Shown here piece by piece: positions 9,225-15,609 of a DNA stretch of 32,000 nt. Position numbers and translations under genes: made by a program. Positions within the stretch are counted from its first letter, which is position 1. Each line of letters starts with the position of its first letter. This DNA is from Flavobacteriaceae bacterium (GTDB taxonomy: Bacteria > Bacteroidota > Bacteroidia > Flavobacteriales > Flavobacteriaceae): positions 390,001 to 422,000 of the forward strand of contig OZ245049.1 in NCBI GenBank assembly GCA_965224465.1, in the 5' to 3' direction. The notes below the pieces were generated by a model. That model saw only the letters and a program-made list of their open reading frames with translations. It searched no databases and was not told the origin of the DNA.

Positions 9225-9857
9225 CTAACTATTTTGTTTTTTAGAGTTTAATTCTATTTTCATAGTATCTGAAGTTATATTAAAACCATTTATTTTATTG
9301 TCTTCAAGTAATTGTCCTTGGTGTTCCAGTGGTGCATTAATTGAACTTAAATCTATATCTGTTTGTTTACCTGTCATATCTTGTGTTTTTAGGATTAAAA
9401 ACACTTTTACACCTTTTTGTATCTTAGACACTCTTTCTCCTTGACTGTCTTGGAAATAGGTTTCTAAGACAGCTCCTTCTCCACTATTTTCTAACACCGT
9501 TGGTTCAACTTCTATAAAAGGATCCTCAAACACCCAATTTTCTATTTTTTTAACATCTTTTATTTTAACAGCTCCACACGTTATCGCTAAATTAATGTGT
9601 AAGGGCAAATTGTCTTGATTGTCAAATTCTTCTGTAAGACCTACAATATAGGCTTTATGGAATTCTACTTTGTACAAGGTTTTAAACTCATCTCTGTCAT
9701 AAAATATTAATTCACCGCTAAAACTAGCATTTGGTGAAAACATATAGTGATACAAATCGCTATCAAACCCAGTAGATTCAAACATTAAATGGAATGGGCT
9801 TTTACGCGTTGTGGTCGTAGGGTTTCCCGTAATATCTTTTAGTTTGTATAATACCAA
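9225..9857 (-). CDS. tssD: 5'-truncated TssD/Hcp copy with C-terminal extension type A (210-aa ORF, TTG start only)
   Basis: Near-identical to codons 23-231 of 11953..12648. The junction with the R element is at the same nucleotide as in 4946..5584. Confidence 0.7.
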   Translation of the reverse strand: MVLYKLKDITGNPTTTTRKSPFHLMFESTGFDSDLYHYMFSPNASFSGELIFYDRDEFKTLYKVEFHKAYIVGLTEEFDNQDNLPLHINLAITCGAVKIKDVKKIENWVFEDPFIEVEPTVLENSGEGAVLETYFQDSQGERVSKIQKGVKVFLILKTQDMTGKQTDIDLSSINAPLEHQGQLLEDNKINGFNITSDTMKIELNSKKQNS

Positions 9858-10084
9858 TTACAATCCAAAATAACCGATATAAATAGTTTATTTTACGTTC
9901 TAGCGTTGTTAAAAAACAGAACGATAGCTATCCTTAGATTTTACGCCTAGCTAGAACAAAAAATTAATTTCATTTCTAAACCGTCACTTGAAAATGTATT
10001 TGGTATTAATACAGCTACCAACAGCAATCTGCAGATAAAATATTTACTTCAAGTTAACACAGAATCTTAGACATTAACTGGACT
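9852..10084. repeat. R element copy 2 (long form)
   Basis: See copy 1. It fills the whole immunity-to-hcp intergenic space. Confidence 0.85.
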
Positions 10085-10711
10085 TTATTCAGACTTAGTT
10101 TTTCGTAAATCTTTATACTTACATTTTTTTGTTCTGTTACACTCAATAACATCACTATCAATATTTTTATATAGGATTTCTAATAATTCTTTTCTTAATT
10201 TAAGAGGATTCATTTTTTCTGGTATATCAATAAAATTTGCTTCTTTATCGTTTTTCATAGCGAAAATTAGAACACGATTTTGTGTATAACCTCGTGTAGT
10301 TTTCCCAAAGGCGTTTTCTAAAAAAGGCTTTATGCTTATGTCGTTTTTAATGTGTTTTAAATTATGTACATAAAATTTTAAGTTATTTTTGTATTCATAA
10401 CTGATTGTTTTTATTACAAACTTTCGATTATTAAGTAGAAAAACAGAATCTAAAGTACGTGCTCTATCAAACATCCAATCCTTATTTTTTTTTCCAACAT
10501 TTTTAACATTTTTAATATTAGATAATAAGTTATTAAAATTTATTGCAGTTTGTAGGTGTTTTTTCTTTATAACTTTTATAGAGTCTAAAGTTAAATTATT
10601 AAAAGAAGTATTAGAATTACTCTTATCAAATATAATTTTATTATTTGGTTTGGTTCCTTTACAACTAGACGTCAGTAATAGGATAAATAATACTAAAAAA
10701 TAACTTTTCAT
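10085..10711 (-). CDS. putative immunity lipoprotein for effector 10713..11951 (208 aa)
   Basis: Lipobox LLLTSSC. The start is 1 nt after the effector stop (TAA A ATG). Confidence 0.55.
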   Translation of the reverse strand: MKSYFLVLFILLLTSSCKGTKPNNKIIFDKSNSNTSFNNLTLDSIKVIKKKHLQTAINFNNLLSNIKNVKNVGKKNKDWMFDRARTLDSVFLLNNRKFVIKTISYEYKNNLKFYVHNLKHIKNDISIKPFLENAFGKTTRGYTQNRVLIFAMKNDKEANFIDIPEKMNPLKLRKELLEILYKNIDSDVIECNRTKKCKYKDLRKTKSE

Positions 10712-10712
10712 T

Positions 10713-11951
10713 TTACTTCGTTTTATTTCTTAATTGATACAGTTCTAATTTCATAGGGAAATTAGAAGCGTAATCATCTATATTAATTAAAAATTTTAAA
10801 TTTTCTAATTTTTCACCTGTATAATATTGAACACCTACCATTTGGTCAATAAATTGAAATTCAAAAGTGTCATCTTTTTTATTTACAATAACTGTAAAAG
10901 AATGGAAATCATCGTCATAAGCGCCAATAAAAACATAATTGCCATTATCTGGACACTTGCTTTTCATATAATCAATTGGACTGTTTTTAAAGCCTTTTAA
11001 AGCAGTATCAGTATTTCCGGGTTGCCCACTACTTGTTAAAACTTCCTTATTGTAAATATCTACAACAGTAAATGTTTTTGATGGTTCTGCGTAAGTTGCT
11101 GCTATTGTTTTGTTTCTTACACCGTTAGTTGTAGATTCTCCTGCTTTAACAAAATCATTTGGTGTCATTCTATTCGCAGAAGGCAAATGATTTTGGTCTT
11201 TTCCAAAATTTAAAACACTAGGACTATCTAAAAGCATATAAATTATATGCTTGTGCGTATCTGTACAATGATGATATCTATTTGCATCTCCGCCTCCGCT
11301 GTATTTTGCACAATTAGCTCTTGCGTACACTTTAATTTCTTCAATTTTCTCTTTACTAAACTCCCATTCGTTAGGGGTTTCGTAAACTATTTTCATACAC
11401 CCACAAAACAAGTTTTCATAATCCCCTGTTGAATACCCCTCTTCATTATCATTAGCTAAAAAACGAATATAGAATGCTACACTTTCTTCTGTTGTAATAT
11501 CCACTTCCACTTCTATTTCAGAACCAAATTTAGCTAAAATCTTATCACTAAACGTTGTTTCAGATTTTTGCTTAATTTTTGCTGTAACCCCTTTAACTTC
11601 TACAAATTTGTCTTTTTCCTGAGATATTTCTATTTCTATATACCCATCGTCGTCTTCCCATTGTTCATCAGGACCTCCTTTTTTAATTAGAAAAGGAATT
11701 ACTGGTTTTTGTAGTGCGGTTACTAATGTAGTTATAGTTTCGTTTTTTTTACTGTCGTTAGTTTGGGTTAAGAGGTCTACAAAAACATGTTTATCGTTTT
11801 CATCCTTTTCTAAAGGGAGTTTATCTTTTTCAATATTGTATCCTGTCGTATCTCTTAATTCTACTAGAGGTATAAATTCTGTCCATTCTAAGCCTTCTCC
11901 TGTGTATGAATTACTAGGGTTTCCTGTTTCACTTACTGTTATGGTTCCCAT
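10713..11951 (-). CDS. T6SS-associated effector: conserved N-terminal domain plus an unclassified Cys/His CTD (412 aa)
   Basis: Starts 1 nt after the hcp stop (TAG T ATG). Shares its N-terminal domain with 8030..9223 up to the LFCGC junction. The CTD has the conserved blocks YHHCTDTHKHIIY, DD[FY]HSFTVIV and FIDQ. Confidence 0.65.
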   Translation of the reverse strand: MGTITVSETGNPSNSYTGEGLEWTEFIPLVELRDTTGYNIEKDKLPLEKDENDKHVFVDLLTQTNDSKKNETITTLVTALQKPVIPFLIKKGGPDEQWEDDDGYIEIEISQEKDKFVEVKGVTAKIKQKSETTFSDKILAKFGSEIEVEVDITTEESVAFYIRFLANDNEEGYSTGDYENLFCGCMKIVYETPNEWEFSKEKIEEIKVYARANCAKYSGGGDANRYHHCTDTHKHIIYMLLDSPSVLNFGKDQNHLPSANRMTPNDFVKAGESTTNGVRNKTIAATYAEPSKTFTVVDIYNKEVLTSSGQPGNTDTALKGFKNSPIDYMKSKCPDNGNYVFIGAYDDDFHSFTVIVNKKDDTFEFQFIDQMVGVQYYTGEKLENLKFLINIDDYASNFPMKLELYQLRNKTK

Positions 11952-11952
11952 A

Positions 11953-12648
11953 CTAACTATTTTGTTTTTTAGAGTTTAATTCTATTTTCATAGTATCTGA
12001 AGTTATATTAAAACCATTTATTTTATTGTCTTCAAGTAATTGTCCTTGGTGTTCCAGTGGTGCATTAATTGAACTTAAATCTATATCTGTTTGTTTACCT
12101 GTCATATCTTGTGTTTTTAGGATTAAAAACACTTTTACACCTTTTTGTATCTTAGACACTCTTTCTCCTTGACTGTCTTGGAAATAGGTTTCTAAGACAG
12201 CTCCTTCTCCACTATTTTCTAACACCGTTGGTTCAACTTCTATAAAAGGATCCTCAAACACCCAATTTTCTATTTTTTTAACATCTTTTATTTTAACAGC
12301 TCCACACGTTATCGCTAAATTAATGTGTAAGGGTAAATTGTCTTGATTGTCAAATTCTTCTGTAAGACCTACAATATAGGCTTTATGGAATTCTACTTTG
12401 TACAAGGTTTTAAACTCATCTCTGTCATAAAATATTAATTCACCGCTAAAACTAGCATTTGGTGAAAACATATAGTGATACAAATCGCTATCAAACCCAG
12501 TAGATTCAAACATTAAATGGAATGGGCTTTTACGCGTTGTGGTCGTAGGGTTTCCCGTAATATCTTTTAGTTTGTATAAGGTGTATTCTGCTCTTAATAA
12601 CGTTCTTTCTTTTCCATCTATAATGGCGATGCCTTTAAAACTACTCAT
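11953..12648 (-). CDS. tssD: intact type VI secretion tube protein TssD/Hcp (Bacteroidota type) with an approximately 90-aa C-terminal extension (231 aa)
   Basis: Matches the Bacteroidota TssD pattern: F..GKE...L...Y.L......G.P......FESTG...L..YMF......G.IF.D......K.EF..AYIV...E.F......PL.I.L.I....VKI......NW. It is the only copy with an ATG and the first beta-strand region. Confidence 0.8.
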   Translation of the reverse strand: MSSFKGIAIIDGKERTLLRAEYTLYKLKDITGNPTTTTRKSPFHLMFESTGFDSDLYHYMFSPNASFSGELIFYDRDEFKTLYKVEFHKAYIVGLTEEFDNQDNLPLHINLAITCGAVKIKDVKKIENWVFEDPFIEVEPTVLENSGEGAVLETYFQDSQGERVSKIQKGVKVFLILKTQDMTGKQTDIDLSSINAPLEHQGQLLEDNKINGFNITSDTMKIELNSKKQNS

Positions 12649-13215
12649 GGTTTTTCAATTTTTGATTCATCTTTTAATTGGGTACAGCTTTTTTTAAATC
12701 CATAACTAGCACCCATAATCTCACAATAGCAATCCCGAACATGATGGTATATCCATATAGTTCACAATACAGGATGGGCTTATTGTTAGGGTGTGCCTAT
12801 TTTTTTAAACGTAGGTCAAATATATAAAATAATGTTATACGCCGTGTGTTTTTTATAATTAAATCCATCATTTAGGGGGTAATTCCCCTTTGCTCTTCCT
12901 AGATATACAAAACAGTCTTTCGGAGGGTACCTCGCATGCCTGAGTAGAGGCTGTTGATTACATGTATCGTACTGTTTATACTGTTATTACAGGAGATTTA
13001 CGACTCATTTTCTATACGTCTTTTTAAAATCTAACAAACAAAACAATCACAGTTATGGTTTGATACGCTTATTATGCAACGGTTATGAATACATAAAATA
13101 TGAATTAAAAATAGCATTTTAATCCTTTTACTTTATAAATCCAATTGTAATTATTATTTACGACCGCTACTTAATAAAGCACAATTCACACATTTGTTTA
13201 AAACTACTGAGCTAA

Positions 13216-13310
13216 GTCAATAACCTTAGGGCAAGTTCACGAGAAAAGAAAAAAACCTTAATCATTTAGATGCAAATATCGGAGAATTAAACCCACTGAT
13301 GGGATTTAAA
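13216..13310 (+). repeat. approximately 95-nt intergenic element with three short stem-loops, copy 1
   Basis: Aligns with 30049..30147: GTCAATAACCT..GGGCAAG..CACGAG...AAAAGAAAAAACCT.AATCATTT.GATGCAA..ATCGG.GAATTAAACCCACT..TGGGATTAAA. Confidence 0.7.
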
Positions 13311-13325
13311 AAAGGAGGTTTACGT

Positions 13326-13403
13326 ACAATACCAATTACAATCCAAAATAACATATATAAATAGGTTGTTTTGCGTGCTGTCGTTGTTAAAAAACAGAAC
13401 GAT
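13326..13403. repeat. R element copy 3 (core only)
   Basis: AATACCAATTACAATCCAAAATAACATATATAAATAGGTTGTTTTGCGTGCTGTCGTTGTTAAAAAACAGAACGAT. Closest to copy 4. Confidence 0.8.
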
Positions 13404-13779
13404 TGTAAGATAGGGAAACTCAAAATAGTCTATCTATTTAGCGGAAGAGGACCTCCTACCTATTGGTTACAACGAATAAAAGCAGGTGCTAATAAGCAAA
13501 CAAAAAATACAAACGTAGCAACGTAAGGGGAAACGCATGCCAAAACCCTGCTTACCAATACTTATGGAGTGTCTATAAACAGTAAAAACATATCCCACAA
13601 AAGAGCGTGAGAGTAAATGACCTAAAAACAGGTGGTACCTATTAAGGTTTTTGTCGAGAGTCTCTTAATTAATTCGCGGAATCCCTATAGTAATATCTTT
13701 TGAGCCGGTATAGTCAACAGGATGTTCATGCTGGGCGCTACGCACCGCACGAACACTTAGTTATTAGCTGTAGTACTTG

Positions 13780-15609
13780 TTATTCATTCAATTCATCTTC
13801 AGTTACAATTCTAATATTCCCCGCGAATTTAGCAATAATATTCTTTTTAGTTACAGCTTCAGGAAATGCCATTGCTAACACTTTTTTAGGTCTAGACATT
13901 GCTACATAAATTAATCTTTTCTTCTCACTAGGAAAGGTATTGTCAGAATTACAAATGTCTTCAAAAAGTATATTGCTAGCGTGTTTTCTATCGTTAAAGA
14001 AAATTAATACTGAATCTAAAGTTTTACCTTTCACTTGGTGAATAGTAGTAATTGGAATGTTAGATTCCGAATACGATTTTTTAAAATGAATGTTAACAGA
14101 TTCATTTAGTGTTATATCTTTATTGAAAAATTTAGATTTTCTATTTCTTAGATTAAAATTCACGTCATAATGTAAGCCCAATTTTTCTTTCATAAAAATT
14201 TGAGTTTGATTTGTCCAATCTGCAACTGTTAATTCAAAACTTGGTAGCTCAATTAGAATCTGAAATAAAAGTGAATTAAAAAGATGGTCTTCTTTTGAAT
14301 TTCTTTCAATTTCCTTTAACTGATGATAGTCACTTTCTGGATTTAATAACTTTATAGAAATAGTACGTATTTCGTTTATGGAATTTTTGATATCATTACC
14401 CTTAAAACGATTTTTTGCCGTAATAATTTCTTTTGGCAACTCAATACCCCAAGGTCTTTCTTCTGTTGTTTTTCCTAATAATTTATTCTTTAATGAGTTT
14501 CCTCTAACTACAATATTGTTCTTTTCAAAATTGTTGGTCGAGCAAAGTTCTTCATAGTGTTTAATAATTGATTGAAGATTGTTCTCAGAATATTTATAAA
14601 TAATAATTGAATTGTCTTTTGTAGGATTGCCAACAGAACTTATTTTTGCGTCATTAGCTTTTCTTAGTATAGAAAAAATGTCAATAATATTTTGAGGTGA
14701 CCGCCTGTTGTCTGTTAGGTCAAATGAATTCCAACTATCGTCTTCATTATACTTTTTTAAAAATTCATTTGGATTTGCATCTCTCCATTGATAGAGGCTT
14801 TGATAAGGGTCGCCAATTAATTCTATGTTTTTTAATCCTTGCTTAGACAATTCTTCAAAGATTGCGTGTTGAATTAAAGAATTATCTTGAGCCTCATCAA
14901 TTATGATAAAAGGAAACCTTAAAGATAACCATTGACAAATTTTCGGTTTTTTCCTTAAAATATGGAGAGCTATATATGCAGAATCTCCTGTTGAGATTAA
15001 GCCTTTAGTAAATTGTGTATTCTTAATTAATTTGCAATAATTTTTAAACTTATCTAGTTCAACTTTATCTGGTGATGGTTGATTACCTTTCACAGAATAA
15101 CTTCCATCTTGTTCAATTCTAATTTCGCTAGGTGGATATAAATGATAGATACTTCTATTATTTTTTGCTTTATATGCATCAAAGTTTAAAGGTCTTTTTA
15201 AACCTTCTTTTGTTTTTCCATTTTTGTCAATGTAATTGATTTTCCACATTTCATCTAGAATATTTGTGTGGTCAAGGATTTTAGGTCTTTTAAACTTTCT
15301 ATCTAATATATTATAAAAAGGAAGTGTAATAAATTTATTTATAAAACTATCAATAGTGGAAACGTGATTAGGAAAGCTTAAAATTTTCCCGCTCAGTTTT
15401 GAATAAGATTCGTTTATTTCATCCTTTGCTGAGTTCGTAAAAGAAAGACAAGCAATACCTGAATATGAATTGACCTCTTTTAATTGCTGTAATTCTATTA
15501 TTTTTTGTGCAATTGTAGTTGTTTTACCGCTTCCAGGACAGGCGTTTAATATGATTTTACCTCTTGCTTGAAGATATGCCGTTCTTTCTTCATTTAAGTC
15601 ATAAATCAT
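13780..15609 (-). CDS. gajB: UvrD/PcrA/Rep-like SF1 helicase, GajB-like (609 aa)
   Basis: Helicase motifs CPGSGKTTT (I), IIIDEAQDNS (II), GDPYQSLYQWRDA (III), NRRSP (IV), TIHQVKGKTLDSV (V) and YVAMSRPKKVL (VI). ATGA start-stop overlap with the upstream OLD-family gene. Confidence 0.8.
   Translation of the reverse strand: MIYDLNEERTAYLQARGKIILNACPGSGKTTTIAQKIIELQQLKEVNSYSGIACLSFTNSAKDEINESYSKLSGKILSFPNHVSTIDSFINKFITLPFYNILDRKFKRPKILDHTNILDEMWKINYIDKNGKTKEGLKRPLNFDAYKAKNNRSIYHLYPPSEIRIEQDGSYSVKGNQPSPDKVELDKFKNYCKLIKNTQFTKGLISTGDSAYIALHILRKKPKICQWLSLRFPFIIIDEAQDNSLIQHAIFEELSKQGLKNIELIGDPYQSLYQWRDANPNEFLKKYNEDDSWNSFDLTDNRRSPQNIIDIFSILRKANDAKISSVGNPTKDNSIIIYKYSENNLQSIIKHYEELCSTNNFEKNNIVVRGNSLKNKLLGKTTEERPWGIELPKEIITAKNRFKGNDIKNSINEIRTISIKLLNPESDYHQLKEIERNSKEDHLFNSLLFQILIELPSFELTVADWTNQTQIFMKEKLGLHYDVNFNLRNRKSKFFNKDITLNESVNIHFKKSYSESNIPITTIHQVKGKTLDSVLIFFNDRKHASNILFEDICNSDNTFPSEKKRLIYVAMSRPKKVLAMAFPEAVTKKNIIAKFAGNIRIVTEDELNE

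Noticed and set aside
1381-11432. Short plus-strand ORFs inside minus-strand genes (1381..1575, 4207..4401, 4935..5150, 6939..7124, 11247..11432)
   Set aside because: They lie antisense within longer ORFs that have clear family signatures. They have low-complexity Leu/Phe/Ile-rich composition typical of shadow ORFs in AT-rich DNA.
13690-13770. Possible group II intron 5' end on the minus strand (GTGCGGTGCGTAGCGCCCAGCATG resembles the GUGCG...GCGCCCAG starts of bacterial introns)
   Set aside because: I found no domain V hairpin and no reverse-transcriptase ORF. Only about 370 nt lie before the next repeat. The resemblance is too short to support a call.
13700-13909. Plus-strand 69-aa ORF overlapping the 3' end of the helicase gene
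   Set aside because: It overlaps the well-supported GajB-like ORF antisense. The remainder lies in the non-coding spacer, and it has no motifs.
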